The notes: a model not told the origin generated them from the sequence alone. A DNA stretch of 64,000 nucleotides from Nostoc sp. (GCA_036918135.1 JBALDB010000032.1:32001-96000), one strand, 5' to 3'; shown: positions 1 through 10,930, counted from the stretch's first letter. Numbers and translations are program-made.

Positions 1-331
1 AGGTTTAATCGATGAAGCGGCATTACGCTCTATGCGTCCATTTGCCTACCTGATTAATATCGCTCGTGGTGCAATAGTGGATGAAACTGCATTACTTACC
101 GCCCTACGTGATGAATGGATTGCGGGTGCTGGATTAGACACTACTGCCACAGAACCCCTGCCAGAGGAAAGTCCCTTATGGTCGCTACCGAACGCTTTTA
201 TCACACCCCATTGTTCAGCCCTGTCACCACGGCTCAGAGACCGTATAGCAGCATTGTTTATCGACAATCTTAAACGCTACCAAACTGGTCAGCCTTTACG
301 AAATGTTGTAGATAAGCAAGCAGGATACTAA
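1..331 (+). CDS. D-isomer-specific 2-hydroxyacid dehydrogenase, C-terminal part (5'-truncated by window)
   Basis: Motifs LINIARG, GAGLD and ITPH are typical of the family; the frame appears to continue upstream past the window start. Confidence 0.85.
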   Translation, partial: GLIDEAALRSMRPFAYLINIARGAIVDETALLTALRDEWIAGAGLDTTATEPLPEESPLWSLPNAFITPHCSALSPRLRDRIAALFIDNLKRYQTGQPLRNVVDKQAGY

Positions 332-578
332 ATGTTGGATATTGGGAGTGTTAAGTGTTGACAGATAACAGATGACTGTTGAGTGTTGAGTGTTGAAAGC
401 CAGTTGCTCTACAGGAACGCTAAGAGCGAAGAACGGGGAAAATACACAACGCACTAGCTCCTGTTGAGCGGAGCTGGAGATTCCAAAAGCTCCGGTTAGG
501 AATTCTGCCTTTTGTTTACCCCTCATTTCCTCAATCCCCATTACCCCTTATCCCCAGAGGGAACCCCACCTTCCCCAA

Positions 579-1778
579 TCACTTAATTTTCAGTGCCGAT
601 TTTCCTAAAGATTGGCAAATAACGTCATTTTGCGGTGTATGGATACGGCTGCACAGAACATCACGGTAGTGTCGTTCTAAAGGATGCTTTTTCAACAGTC
701 CAGGATTACCAATTAGTTCCAACCCAATCTCTACGGCACGAATCGAGTTAGTCGTAGTTAGATATTTAACAGCTTGTACCTGTAATCCTACGTTAGGTTC
801 ATACTCCCCGCGGTCAATATCTTTAGCCAAGCTATAAATCAGCGTACGGCTAGCAAATAACAGTGCTTCCATCTCTCCCACAGCGGTTTGAAAGCGTGGT
901 AGAGTTGCTAGTGGCTCTCCTAAATTAGATGGCGATCGCTCCCAAAGATATTTGGTCAACCAGTCTCGTGCAGCAGTAGCTACACCGAGATATAAGGCAC
1001 TAATTGTCAAGCTGCCCCAAGCGGAAATCAATGGATCGAGAGAAGGCGCAGCAGAGATGGGGCGGATATCAACGGCGTATTCTGAAGGAATTAGTACATT
1101 CTCCAAGATCAGGTCGTGGCTGCCAGTGGCTCTCATCCCCAAGTGATCCCAAGTTTCGACAATTTGCAAGCCAGGAAGATTGCGAGGAACTAGAAAATTC
1201 CCTACTTGTGGTTCATCTTCCGTTGTTAGTGCCCAAACAACGAAGTAACTGAGGATGGGACTACCTGTGGTGTACTGTTTGTGACCTGTTAAACGCCAAC
1301 CCTCTGTTGTGCGTTCGGCAATGCTAGCAGGCAATCCACCTCTGGCTGGCGTGCCTAACTCTGGTTCCACACGCGCAGCGTTCAGCAGCGCAATACCTTC
1401 GATTGATTCACGGCACACCCGTTTGTATACTTCTGGATGCCAACGACGACTACGAGCTGCATGGGCATGTTGAAGATAGTGCATTGTCAGTACTAGTGCG
1501 GTGGAAGCATCTCCGTGCGCTATGCCTTCAATCACTCGGCAGATAGTTTCTAGCCCCAAATCCTCACCGCCCAGTTGGTGCGGGATGGTGAGGCTGAGCA
1601 ATCCGGCTTCATGCAAAGCTGTAAAATTCTCGAAAGGAAACGAACCCTCTTTATCGTGTACCCCTGCACGGGTAGCAAAGTCCTTCGCCAAGGTCTCAAC
1701 CTGGTGGAAAATATTGGGGGTAGTTTCTAAACTATTCGCTATAAAGGTGTCTGGCAGCGCTTGTTCCAACTGTGACAT
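579..1778 (-). CDS. Acyl-CoA dehydrogenase family protein (probably a DszC/SfnB-like flavin monooxygenase)
   Basis: 399 aa; ASTAL..MH, W..LGMRATGSHD and LERHYRD motifs; divergent from a sulfonate-binding protein. Confidence 0.8.
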   Translation of the reverse strand: MSQLEQALPDTFIANSLETTPNIFHQVETLAKDFATRAGVHDKEGSFPFENFTALHEAGLLSLTIPHQLGGEDLGLETICRVIEGIAHGDASTALVLTMHYLQHAHAARSRRWHPEVYKRVCRESIEGIALLNAARVEPELGTPARGGLPASIAERTTEGWRLTGHKQYTTGSPILSYFVVWALTTEDEPQVGNFLVPRNLPGLQIVETWDHLGMRATGSHDLILENVLIPSEYAVDIRPISAAPSLDPLISAWGSLTISALYLGVATAARDWLTKYLWERSPSNLGEPLATLPRFQTAVGEMEALLFASRTLIYSLAKDIDRGEYEPNVGLQVQAVKYLTTTNSIRAVEIGLELIGNPGLLKKHPLERHYRDVLCSRIHTPQNDVICQSLGKSALKIK

Positions 1779-2085
1779 AATATACTCCTTATTGAGGTAA
1801 ACTTAAGTCTTTTCAAGACGGTCAGACACTCGTCTTGCGAAAAAAAGTTGATGTTTCTACAAACTTAAGATGCTTTCATCAGATATTAGGCGATGTCTGA
1901 CGACAAGCTGCTTCTCATCTCTACAGAAAGGCTGTGCCAACGAGACACTTTGCAAACGCGTCTGTGCATCAAAGATTATAACAATTCACCAAAACTTTGA
2001 TAAAGTTTGCGATCGCTTTTACGAGTACCTCCAGCCATCTGATAAGCTGCCCTATCTGCGTAGCTAAATCAATGTGATTGCATAT

Positions 2086-2111
2086 TACGAAAATATTGTG
2101 TATTTACCGTA
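2086..2111. promoter_or_regulatory. Candidate operator, imperfect copy (TACGAAAA-N10-TTACCGTA)
   Basis: Same spacing and right half-site as the perfect palindrome at 14127-14152; lies between divergent sulfur-acquisition genes. Confidence 0.5.
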
Positions 2112-2299
2112 GTATTCTTTAATAAGAATAAGAGAACTCTATAGATTGCTTGTGAAAGCAATAATCGATCGCCTGGATTTTCAAGCGATCGTTTCGTGGG
2201 TATCGTAACCATAGATTTATAGGCACTGATTACCCAATCCCCAGTTCTCTTTACGCTTGTCAAAGGTAAATATTTATCTCTAAAAGTAGAGTCAAGACG

Positions 2300-3406
2300 T
2301 TGATGAAGTTTTTTCCAACTCGTCAGTTGCTTAGGATTGCGATACCTGCGGTCAGCACAACTATCGCTTTCCTTAAGGGATTGAAGCAGCAGAGGATTTA
2401 CACCTTTTCCCTAATGTTTACAGTCGGACTTAGTTTAACATTAGCTGTATTTGCTTGTTCTCCAACCACAAGCAACAGTGGAACGACCCAAACGACCCAA
2501 ACGACCCAAACGACCCAAACAACCCAGACACCTCGCACTGCCATAGTTCGTATTGGTTACCAGAAGGCATCAACTATCCTCTATGCACTTAAAGCAAAAG
2601 GAAATTTAGAAAAAGCCTTTGCAGCTTCCGGTGCTTCGGTTACTTGGTCAGAATTTCCTGCTGGTCCTCCGATGTTGGAAGCATTGAACGCAGGTAGCAT
2701 TGACTTTGGCTATACCGGAGAATCGCCGCCAATATTTGCCCAAGCAGGAGGTATTCCTTTAGTTTATGTTGCCTACGATCCTTGGGGTCCCAAGGCTGAA
2801 GCTATCCTAGTTCCCAAAGATTCACCTGTTAAAAATGTAGCTGAACTCAAAAACAAGAGAGTTGCTTTTGCCAAAGGCTCTAATGCTAACTATTTATTGG
2901 TTAAAGCCCTGGAAAAGGCAGGATTAAAATACAGTGATATTCAGCCAAAAAGTCTGCCACCAGCGGATGCTCGTGCTGCGTTTGAAGGTAAGAACGTTGA
3001 AGCTTGGGCAATTTGGGACCCGTACTTAGCCGCAGCACAAGCAGCAACAGGCGCACGCGCTTTAACAGATGGGACGGGATTAGCTTTCAATCGTGGTTAT
3101 TATCTCGCGGCCAAGTCTTTTGCTGACACCAAGCCGGATGCTTTGAAAACAGTTCTAGATAAAGTCAAGAAAACCAGTGATTGGGCGAAAAGTAATTCCA
3201 CTGACGTTGCAAAACTCCTTTCTCCAGTATTGGGCATAGATGCTACTGTTTTGGAGACAGCTGAAAAGCGGCGCGAGTATGATGTACTTCCGCTGACAGC
3301 TGAAGTGATTAGCAAACAACAAGAAGTTGCAGATACCTTTTTTAGAATCAAATTGATCCCAAAACAAATTAAAGTTCAAGAAATTGTTTGGCAAGGCAAT
3401 AAATAA
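2300..3406 (+). CDS. ssuA: Aliphatic sulfonate ABC transporter substrate-binding protein
   Basis: VRIGYQK, EFPAGPPMLEALNAGSIDFG and WAIWDPY motifs; lipobox-like AC followed by a (TQT)n linker. Confidence 0.85.
   Translation: MMKFFPTRQLLRIAIPAVSTTIAFLKGLKQQRIYTFSLMFTVGLSLTLAVFACSPTTSNSGTTQTTQTTQTTQTTQTPRTAIVRIGYQKASTILYALKAKGNLEKAFAASGASVTWSEFPAGPPMLEALNAGSIDFGYTGESPPIFAQAGGIPLVYVAYDPWGPKAEAILVPKDSPVKNVAELKNKRVAFAKGSNANYLLVKALEKAGLKYSDIQPKSLPPADARAAFEGKNVEAWAIWDPYLAAAQAATGARALTDGTGLAFNRGYYLAAKSFADTKPDALKTVLDKVKKTSDWAKSNSTDVAKLLSPVLGIDATVLETAEKRREYDVLPLTAEVISKQQEVADTFFRIKLIPKQIKVQEIVWQGNK
2483..2527 (+). repeat. In-frame 9-bp tandem repeat (ACGACCCAA) x ~5 encoding Thr-Thr-Gln
   Basis: Directly visible in the sequence. 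Confidence 0.9.
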
Positions 3407-3709
3407 TTCGTAATACTTCGAATTCGCCCTTCTCTTTGAGAGACGCTTGCGCGTAGCTTGCTTAAGAGCAGGGGTAGGCTACGCTCTCCCAAGGCTCAGT
3501 ACAAGTTCGTAATACTAGCCTGGGCATGAGAAGCAAGCAACGTAATTCGTAATTGTAACAAAGAAATATTAATCATGGATTCAATAATTTTGAATTTAAC
3601 CTCGTCTACTTTGAAACCCGTAGTTTTTCCTCGTCAGGGTCAAGATGATTTTTCACCCACAAGCAATGCCTGGGGCGGGCTACGCCTACGCTAATTTCAA
3701 AGGGGTTGT

Positions 3710-3850
3710 ATAGAAGGATTGAAAGCACCACCAGAGATTCCAGACATTTGTCAGCGGGCGCACTTTATCCGCAATCATGATGAATTGTCGTTAGACAAGC
3801 TCTCAAAATCGGAACGAGAAGAAATATTGACCAAATTTCATCTAGGATAA
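3710..3850 (+). pseudogene. Orphan fragment of a GH13 trehalose synthase/alpha-amylase-like gene
   Basis: Hand translation IEGLKAPPEIPDICQRAHFIRNHDELSLDKLSKSEREEI resembles the TreS-type FLRNHDELTL motif; no start codon or remainder of the gene. Confidence 0.65.
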
Positions 3851-3920
3851 AGAGCAGGTATAGCTATTCAAGTGTGCCATTCGTTTTTGAACCCTCTTTC
3901 ACATTCGCGATGCTCCGATC

Positions 3921-4832
3921 TCAAACGTTGTTTTCCAGCTCGGTGATGCCAGAAAAATGCTCAGCTAGAAAATCTACGAAAGTACTTATTTTGGGTGATA
4001 GGTATCGCCAATTCGTATAGACAGCATAAAGAGATGAGGTTGCCACCGTGTAGTCCAGCTTCAGCACCTCCAATCGTTGGCTGGTAAGATCGTCTTCAAT
4101 CAACCACTTTGGCAAAACTGCCAACCCCATACCGGCTAAGGTTGCCTGATACAGCATGATAGTGTTGTTGGAGCGGATCGAGACTGGCAGTTTGACTGTC
4201 TCCCGCCCGTTAGAACCCTCAAAGGATATCTCATCGGCAAATTGCGAGTAGTAATAGCTGATACTTAGATGCTTCGATAGTTCGTTGGGAGTTTTTGGGT
4301 AGCCATTTCTTTGCAAATAGTCAGTTGAGCCAACCAACATGAGTTGAATTGGGCAAATGCGTCGCGTCAGCAGTGAAGAACTGGGTTCCTCGGGCGTGAC
4401 ACGTAACGCCAAATCAAATCCTTCTTCCACCAAATCTACCAACCGATCGTTCAAATTCAAATCTAGCAATACGTCTGGATAGCGAGAGCGGTACTTCGCC
4501 AAGGCTTTAGTGAATAACGGGTTAGCAAACCAAACTGGGGCGCTGATCTTGAGTATGCCACGCGCGACGACGGCTGATTGCCTCACCGTTGCCTCCACCA
4601 TTTCCAATTTATTAAGCATTTCCCGGCATTGCTCATAATAGACCCTTCCGACTTCGGTTAAGCTTAAGTGTCGGCTGGTTCGATTCAACAAACGTGCGCC
4701 AAGGTTTCGTTCCAAGTGCATCACATGCTTGCTGGTCATGGCTGTGGATAAGTTGAGCCGCTGAGCAGCTGCCACAAAACTTCCTGATTCCACCACCTGA
4801 AGCAATACTTTCATGCTTGTTAAGGTGTCCAT
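3921..4832 (-). CDS. LysR family transcriptional regulator (CrgA/DmlR-like)
   Basis: N-terminal HTH (GSFVAAAQRL..LE..LG.RLLNRTSR) and VDLVEEGFDLALR; likely start at MDTLTSM. Confidence 0.9.
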   Translation of the reverse strand: MDTLTSMKVLLQVVESGSFVAAAQRLNLSTAMTSKHVMHLERNLGARLLNRTSRHLSLTEVGRVYYEQCREMLNKLEMVEATVRQSAVVARGILKISAPVWFANPLFTKALAKYRSRYPDVLLDLNLNDRLVDLVEEGFDLALRVTPEEPSSSLLTRRICPIQLMLVGSTDYLQRNGYPKTPNELSKHLSISYYYSQFADEISFEGSNGRETVKLPVSIRSNNTIMLYQATLAGMGLAVLPKWLIEDDLTSQRLEVLKLDYTVATSSLYAVYTNWRYLSPKISTFVDFLAEHFSGITELENNV

Positions 4833-5106
4833 CGTAGTTCTAAAGTTTCCTAAGAAGAAAGATAGCATCAACAAAATGATACTTGTACAACGATGAGAAA
4901 TAAATGTAATTTGAGGAAGACGGCAGTATCAAATAGCTAGGCAAGCAAATAGCTATGACTAAACCAACAAAGAATGGTGTTCTATATTTGTTCCTCTTTG
5001 CCTGAAGAATTTATGCATTGAACGTTTCAGGAGTTTTAACAACAAATCTAAAACACGATCGACTCGTCAACTGCCTGCAAGGATTTCAACGTAGAGGGGA
5101 ACTTCA

Positions 5107-5595
5107 ATGTCTCAGAACAACGAACTCACAGCGATCGACCGCTTTACCATCTTCGAGCAGCTGAACATGCATCAGCGATGTATCGACAAGGGTTGGGGGC
5201 GCGAGCAGGCTGACCTCTACAACCGCCTTTACTGGCCAGAGGCTAAATTCCACGTCTACGACCTACGTACTTCAACCTTCGAGGGTTTTGAGGGTATGAA
5301 GCAGATGTTCGACTATGCACACAGCGTCTTCCCGATGGACAAGTGGTTCCACTCTATGGGCGCGTTTGAAATTTCTGGAGCGGGTGACAGGGCTGAAGCG
5401 CACTGGCGATGGTTCGTGTACTGGAAAGCTGAACAGGTCGGAATCGTTTCGACTGGCACTTACGACGACATCTTTGAACGTCGCGATGGCGTCTGGAAGT
5501 GTCTGGATCGCACCTCCAAGAGCGATCCCAACTGGCCTAATGACTTGTTCCAACCCTTCCTCGATCGCGCAGACATCACCTTTAAAGCGTCCTAA
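5107..5595 (+). CDS. SnoaL/NTF2-like fold protein
   Basis: 162 aa with G.Y.D..ERRDGVWK C-terminal motif; RBS-like GAGGGG upstream. Confidence 0.75.
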   Translation: MSQNNELTAIDRFTIFEQLNMHQRCIDKGWGREQADLYNRLYWPEAKFHVYDLRTSTFEGFEGMKQMFDYAHSVFPMDKWFHSMGAFEISGAGDRAEAHWRWFVYWKAEQVGIVSTGTYDDIFERRDGVWKCLDRTSKSDPNWPNDLFQPFLDRADITFKAS

Positions 5596-5753
5596 TAGTG
5601 AGACTTTTGTAGGTTAGGTGGAGCTTCGCGAAAGCCGTCTATATATCGCTCATGGAAATGCGCGTCAATTGTTTTCACTCTAACTAAAGGTTCAACACCA
5701 AGTAAACCGTTGTGTTGTGAGTGAGGTAAATCTACCACTGATGGGAGTCGTTT

Positions 5754-7067
5754 ATGGCACATAGCACAGTTGGCACTCATGTAGTCGTTGAGGACGCAGC
5801 TTCTCTGGCTGAAGCGGTTCAACGTACACATGTTGTAATCGAGGTGGCTGGTCGCCTTCATGACTTAGAGAAATTTACACTTCTTGAAGGTTCAAGTTTG
5901 GTGGGTACAACTTCTGAGGCTGAATTGGTCTTCAAGCCAGATTCAGACGGGGTAGCGCTCACGGCAAATAACACCCTCCAGAACTTAACCCTGCGATCGC
6001 ATCCGAGCCGATTAACGCTTAGTCTAGAACCGGCAACAACTACCCTGGGACAACTCAAGTTGCAGCATCTCGTCGTCTATGGTCGGCTGCACTTGGAATC
6101 CAGTACTGTGATGACCGCTGACCTTTTGCTCGTTGACGTTCAAGTGTATGACGGCGACAGCACCTCAGCGCGGCATCGTCCAGTCGGTTACGGCGTAGAA
6201 GTCGTTCCGGGTTGCCTAACGATCTACAACCGCTGTACCGATCCCCAAAGTCGCTGGACATTGCGTGCCGAAAACCTCTCAGGGGGAACGCGAGATGTGC
6301 CGTTGCGGGGTAGCGGCATCTTTATTTTTGGCGGCATGACTGTTCCCGCAAACGCCGATCCTCAAGGTGGGCCAGCGCCCAGTTCTCCTGGTGGCATAAT
6401 TGACCTGAAATTATTGACCACAGGCGAAATCCATACTAATGGCAATATCCCGGCTGGTATTGGCAATCTGATCTCAGGCGGGGTGTTCGTTGGCTCAGGC
6501 GTGAAGGCTCAACAAGCGATCAATAACGGCCCTGTAACAACTTACGGGACAAATGACATGGTGTTGGATAACTGGGGCAATGTCCGTCTTTGGCTTGCTC
6601 GGCAGTCCATTACATCTCATGGAACCAGTGGAATCGGATTCGTAAATTTCGGAGATTTGCAGACTCTGATTGTGCAAGGCGACCTGGCGACCTATGGCGA
6701 AGGGGCGCGGGGGTTCAATCTATACGACGGAACCTTGGCTTATGCAGAATTCAAAAGCATTACCACTCATGGCAATGGCTCGATCGGGATACAGACCAGT
6801 AAACCATTTGGCAATATCCTCGTGCTTGGGGACGTAATCACAAAAGGGGGTAGGGGTAACAGTTTGGTGCGTGGCGTGGTCGTACAGCTTGACGCGCACG
6901 CCCTGAGTCTCAAACCGGGCACAAGTGGAAAAGAGATCGTTGTACTGGGTCGAGTCGAGGCTCAAAGAGAGGAAATTACCTCATTGGATTTCGCTGCTCC
7001 AGCCAGCACAGTTGAATTCATTACGATCGGCGGTCAGCAGTATGTCGATGGATCGTCAACAGAGTAG
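5754..7067 (+). CDS. Hypothetical protein with Gly-rich repeats (ITTHG/VTTYG), probable beta-helix
   Basis: 437 aa ORF; recurring (I/V)-T-T-x-G-x-G units in the C-terminal half. Confidence 0.65.
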   Translation: MAHSTVGTHVVVEDAASLAEAVQRTHVVIEVAGRLHDLEKFTLLEGSSLVGTTSEAELVFKPDSDGVALTANNTLQNLTLRSHPSRLTLSLEPATTTLGQLKLQHLVVYGRLHLESSTVMTADLLLVDVQVYDGDSTSARHRPVGYGVEVVPGCLTIYNRCTDPQSRWTLRAENLSGGTRDVPLRGSGIFIFGGMTVPANADPQGGPAPSSPGGIIDLKLLTTGEIHTNGNIPAGIGNLISGGVFVGSGVKAQQAINNGPVTTYGTNDMVLDNWGNVRLWLARQSITSHGTSGIGFVNFGDLQTLIVQGDLATYGEGARGFNLYDGTLAYAEFKSITTHGNGSIGIQTSKPFGNILVLGDVITKGGRGNSLVRGVVVQLDAHALSLKPGTSGKEIVVLGRVEAQREEITSLDFAAPASTVEFITIGGQQYVDGSSTE

Positions 7068-7232
7068 GAATTGTAATTACCCAGAGGTAAGTAAGGGTTT
7101 AACGCTCAATCACTGGCGATCGCAGTTCAGCATTCTAAGCGACTACGAATCTTTTACTTGGTAACATTCAAAATTTCGATCGCCAGTGATTGATGAAATG
7201 TCGATCCATTTTATGAAAAGGAGTACGTCACA

Positions 7233-8177
7233 ATGGCAACGATGAAAGCAATCCGAATTCATGCTTACGGCGGGGCTGAAAACCTCAAGTACGACGAAGT
7301 ACCCCGTCCTGAACCGCAAGCAGGGCAAGTCCTCATTCAAGTGTATGCAGCAGGCGTAAACCCAATCGATTGGAAGATTCGTGAAGGGTTTTTCCAACAA
7401 ATCTCTGATTATTCGCTGCCCGTGATTGCTGGCGCTGATGTGGCTGGTGTTGTTGCAAGTGTGGGCGATGGTGTCACCACACTGCAACCAGGACAAGCGG
7501 TTTATGGAACAGCAGACATGGCGCTTTCGGGAGCCTATGCCGAGTATGCAGTGGGCTATGCAGACGCGATCGCTCCGAAGCCAAAAACGCTCGACTATAT
7601 TCATGCGGCTTCTGTCCCAATCGTGGCAATCACCGCATGGCAAGCATTATTTGATGGCGCAAATCTCCAGCCAGGGCAGAGTGTGCTGATTCATGGTGGC
7701 GCGGGTGGAGTAGGTCGCTATGCAATTCAGTTTGCCAAGTGGAAGAGGGCACGAGTCATTGCAACGGCATCGGCAGCGAACCTTAACGATCTGAGAAACC
7801 TGGGTGCCGATCGGGCGATCAACTATGCGAGTCAACCGTTTGAACAGCAGGTAAAAGATGTAGATGTGGTGCTTGATTTGGTTGGTGGAGAAACGCAAGC
7901 GCGATCGTGGCAAATCATTCGTCCGGGTGGCGTTTTAGTTTCGACACTTGGTGTGCCTGAATCAGGCATTCCACAGGGCATTGAAGCGGTTCCTGTTTTC
8001 GCCAATCTCAGAGCAAATTCCCAGCTCCAGCAGATTGCTCAATTGATTGATGACGGACAGATCAAAGCGTCTATTGAGCAAGTTTTTGAACTGGCAGAAG
8101 CCGCTAAAGCACAGGAAGTTAGCCAGCACGGACATCCACGCGGCAAGCTGGTTTTGCAAGTCGTTCATCCAGCTTGA
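7233..8177 (+). CDS. NADP-dependent oxidoreductase (MDR/quinone oxidoreductase-like)
   Basis: MKAIRIH, GVNPIDWK and IHGGAGGVG motifs; AGGAG RBS. Confidence 0.9.
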   Translation: MATMKAIRIHAYGGAENLKYDEVPRPEPQAGQVLIQVYAAGVNPIDWKIREGFFQQISDYSLPVIAGADVAGVVASVGDGVTTLQPGQAVYGTADMALSGAYAEYAVGYADAIAPKPKTLDYIHAASVPIVAITAWQALFDGANLQPGQSVLIHGGAGGVGRYAIQFAKWKRARVIATASAANLNDLRNLGADRAINYASQPFEQQVKDVDVVLDLVGGETQARSWQIIRPGGVLVSTLGVPESGIPQGIEAVPVFANLRANSQLQQIAQLIDDGQIKASIEQVFELAEAAKAQEVSQHGHPRGKLVLQVVHPA

Positions 8178-8219
8178 GGCAGGCTTTTGTAAAACTTTGG
8201 TTCATCGAACTTTTTTTCT

Positions 8220-8287
8220 GTAAGGGCGAAGCATTCGGGCAATAATCTTTATCTCAATGGGTTATTAACCAAATGCTTCGTCCCTAC
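8220..8287. repeat. GTAG-type REP-like palindrome
   Basis: Arms gtaagggcgaagcatt / aatgcttcgtccctac; related shorter copies at 17831, 37151 and 54840. Confidence 0.6.
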
Positions 8288-8495
8288 GCAGAGTGTATCT
8301 CAGGCAGAGTTCATTAACGAAATCTTTGGAATTATTGCTTAAAAAATGCGAACCAGACCCGTTCGTTTATCACTTGAAATATTTCTGCAACACAATCAAT
8401 CAAGGCTGAAGATTTTCCGCTAATCGAACAAGAGTACGTTGAGCTTCAACAGTGAGTAAAAACTTAGTTATGCACAAAAGTAAGGAGCGGCTATT

Positions 8496-10016
8496 ATGGC
8501 AGCAACGACAGATAAGAAATCCTCAGCACCAAACATTGAACTAGGAACACCCGCACTGAACTGGATTGATGGCGAGTGGATTGATTCAAAAAAGCATACT
8601 GATAGCATTGATCCAGCTACAGGCAAGGTGATTGGAACTTATGCAGATGGTGGGCGTGACGAGGCAGTTCAGGGGGTTAATGCTGCGGTGCGGGCGTTCC
8701 GAGAATTAGACTGGAAGGAAAATCGGGCACTTCGGGCGCGAGTGCTGAATCAAATTGCCGATCGCTTTGAAGCCCAAAGAGATGAACTGATCGCGATTCT
8801 CTCGCTTGAAAACGGCAAAGTCCATGACGAAGCAGCATTTGAAGTCGATATGATTCCCAGCAAATTTCGATACTGGGCAGCGGTTGTGCTGACGGATTAT
8901 GGACGGGCGATGGAAGTCCAACCCGGACGCCTTTCGTTTGTGACTCGATCTCCAATCGGAGTTGCTGGAATCGTCGCACCGTTTAACTCGCCGCTTGTGC
9001 TGACTGTGCGTTCTCTGGCACCTGCTCTTGCTGCTGGTGTTACAACTGTTATTAAATTGCCGGGTAATACAGCACAGATCAACTATCTGTTTAGTAAAAC
9101 CCTCGCTGAAGCTGCCGATTTACCAAAGGGCGTGATTAATGTCTTTAGTGAAAGCAAAGGTAGAGGCGGATCATCTTTTCTGATGGAGTCAAAGGATGTT
9201 CGGGTGATTAGCTTTACAGGAAGCACAAAGACCGGGAAAGCAATTTCCGCAACAGGGGCAGCGACGCTCAAGCTATTTCAAACTGAACTCGGTGGTAAGA
9301 CACCGATGATTATCTTCGAGGATGCCGATCTGGAGGCGGCTGCACCCAGAGTTGAGAAGGCACTCACGACTTTTGCAGGTCAATTCTGCATGACGGGTTC
9401 TCGCCTGTTAGTACAGCGTGCTGTTGCCGATCGCTTTCGCACGCTAATCGCCCAAAGATTAGAGAACGTCAAAACTGGACCTGCGTCCGATCCGTCCAGT
9501 GATATGGGACCTCTCATTGATAAGCCGAATGTTGAGCGTGTGAACAAGATGGTGGAGGAGGCGATTGCCGCGGGTGCTAAGGTGCTTGTACGCGGCGGCC
9601 CAATTGTTGAAGGGCCACTCGCCAGCGGTGCATTTTACCGTCCGACCCTGCTGGAAGTGACCGATCCGAAAATGACGATTGTTCAAGAAGAGGTCTTCGG
9701 TCCAGTCCTCACCATGCAAATCTTCGATACTGAAGCAGAAGCGGTGCAGCTTGCTAACGACAGTGAGTATGGCTTGGCCGCGAGCATTTGGACTCGCGAT
9801 GTTGACCGTCCACTGCGCGTCGCCCGCGAAATAGATGCAGGCACGATCTGGATCAACGATTGGGCGATGGTTTGGGACGAGTTTGAGGAAGGCGGATTCA
9901 AGCGTAGCGGTAACGGCAGGCTGAATGGTCTGACGGCTATGGATGAATTTCTAGAGTACAAACACATCGCCTTCAACTCAGGCACAATCCTTGATACTGG
10001 CGTTCCTGCTCACTAA
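8496..10016 (+). CDS. Aldehyde dehydrogenase family protein
   Basis: FTGST, ELGGK, GQFC and EEVFGP motifs. Confidence 0.93.
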   Translation: MAATTDKKSSAPNIELGTPALNWIDGEWIDSKKHTDSIDPATGKVIGTYADGGRDEAVQGVNAAVRAFRELDWKENRALRARVLNQIADRFEAQRDELIAILSLENGKVHDEAAFEVDMIPSKFRYWAAVVLTDYGRAMEVQPGRLSFVTRSPIGVAGIVAPFNSPLVLTVRSLAPALAAGVTTVIKLPGNTAQINYLFSKTLAEAADLPKGVINVFSESKGRGGSSFLMESKDVRVISFTGSTKTGKAISATGAATLKLFQTELGGKTPMIIFEDADLEAAAPRVEKALTTFAGQFCMTGSRLLVQRAVADRFRTLIAQRLENVKTGPASDPSSDMGPLIDKPNVERVNKMVEEAIAAGAKVLVRGGPIVEGPLASGAFYRPTLLEVTDPKMTIVQEEVFGPVLTMQIFDTEAEAVQLANDSEYGLAASIWTRDVDRPLRVAREIDAGTIWINDWAMVWDEFEEGGFKRSGNGRLNGLTAMDEFLEYKHIAFNSGTILDTGVPAH

Positions 10017-10175
10017 TCGAGCTTGAAATCGGCTCGTCTGCTTGGACGTTACTACTTATATGAACAATTTGACGGGGATAGAGAACATCGACACCTTGAT
10101 CTACCCAGTGGGCACTGTACCCGCCACAGAATTCTCACTACTACAAACCAACTGTAACCAAAAAAGAATGCACCT

Positions 10176-10643
10176 ATGTCAAACACCAAGGTTGAAATCG
10201 TGCAGCAACTCCTCAAAGGTGCCACCAAGCCTGAGGTCGTCAATCGGCTTGTGGCCCCCGATGCCATCTACGTATCACTCACCTATGATAATCCCGATCT
10301 AAAAAAGCTTATGCCTTGGGCAGGCACGCATAAAGATGGTCCGGCCAGCGTCCTCAAAGTTTTCCAGGAGCTCAACACTTTTTGGATGATTGAAGGCTTA
10401 GAGGTTCAAGATGCCTTTGGCGAAGGCGAGAACGTAGCGCTCTTCGGCACCTTCACCACCCACTCTGTGAAACTCGATAAAAAGTTTACCTCTCCCTTTG
10501 TCTTCTTTGCGAAGGTCAAGAACGGCTTGGTCACCTACATGCAATACATGGAGGACACCTTTGGCACAGGTTCGACCTTCCGATCTGGTGGTACCTGGAC
10601 ATTCCAGGGCAATCCAGACGGCAGCGAAGTATCAGTGCCGTAG
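10176..10643 (+). CDS. SnoaL-like / ketosteroid isomerase-like protein
   Basis: 155 aa NTF2-like pattern (PWAG.H.G, ..EDT). Confidence 0.7.
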   Translation: MSNTKVEIVQQLLKGATKPEVVNRLVAPDAIYVSLTYDNPDLKKLMPWAGTHKDGPASVLKVFQELNTFWMIEGLEVQDAFGEGENVALFGTFTTHSVKLDKKFTSPFVFFAKVKNGLVTYMQYMEDTFGTGSTFRSGGTWTFQGNPDGSEVSVP

Positions 10644-10750
10644 CGAGGTGTTCCAGGTGGATAGCACGCTTCAAAAGCCGAAAAGCCTCTGGCTGACAGG
10701 GTGACAAAGTGACTGAAGCCGAGGAAATAGGATAGTGTGACCGTTTTGGG

Positions 10751-10930
10751 GTCAACTTAACATAAAACTCTTATCAAAACTTGATTTTGAATTCACTCAT
10801 TTAGGATCGCAATTCGCCTTACCCCATCCCAGTTTTCTCTAAAGCCAAAACTTCCCCTCAGAGCTTGGTTTGAGGGGATTAAGGGATGGGGTAAAATGTC
10901 TATGGGACAATGGTTTGAGCTTAAGTTGAC
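10751..10930. mobile_element. MITE-like element
   Basis: Perfect 10-bp terminal inverted repeats GTCAACTTAA / TTAAGTTGAC around non-coding DNA. Confidence 0.5.
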
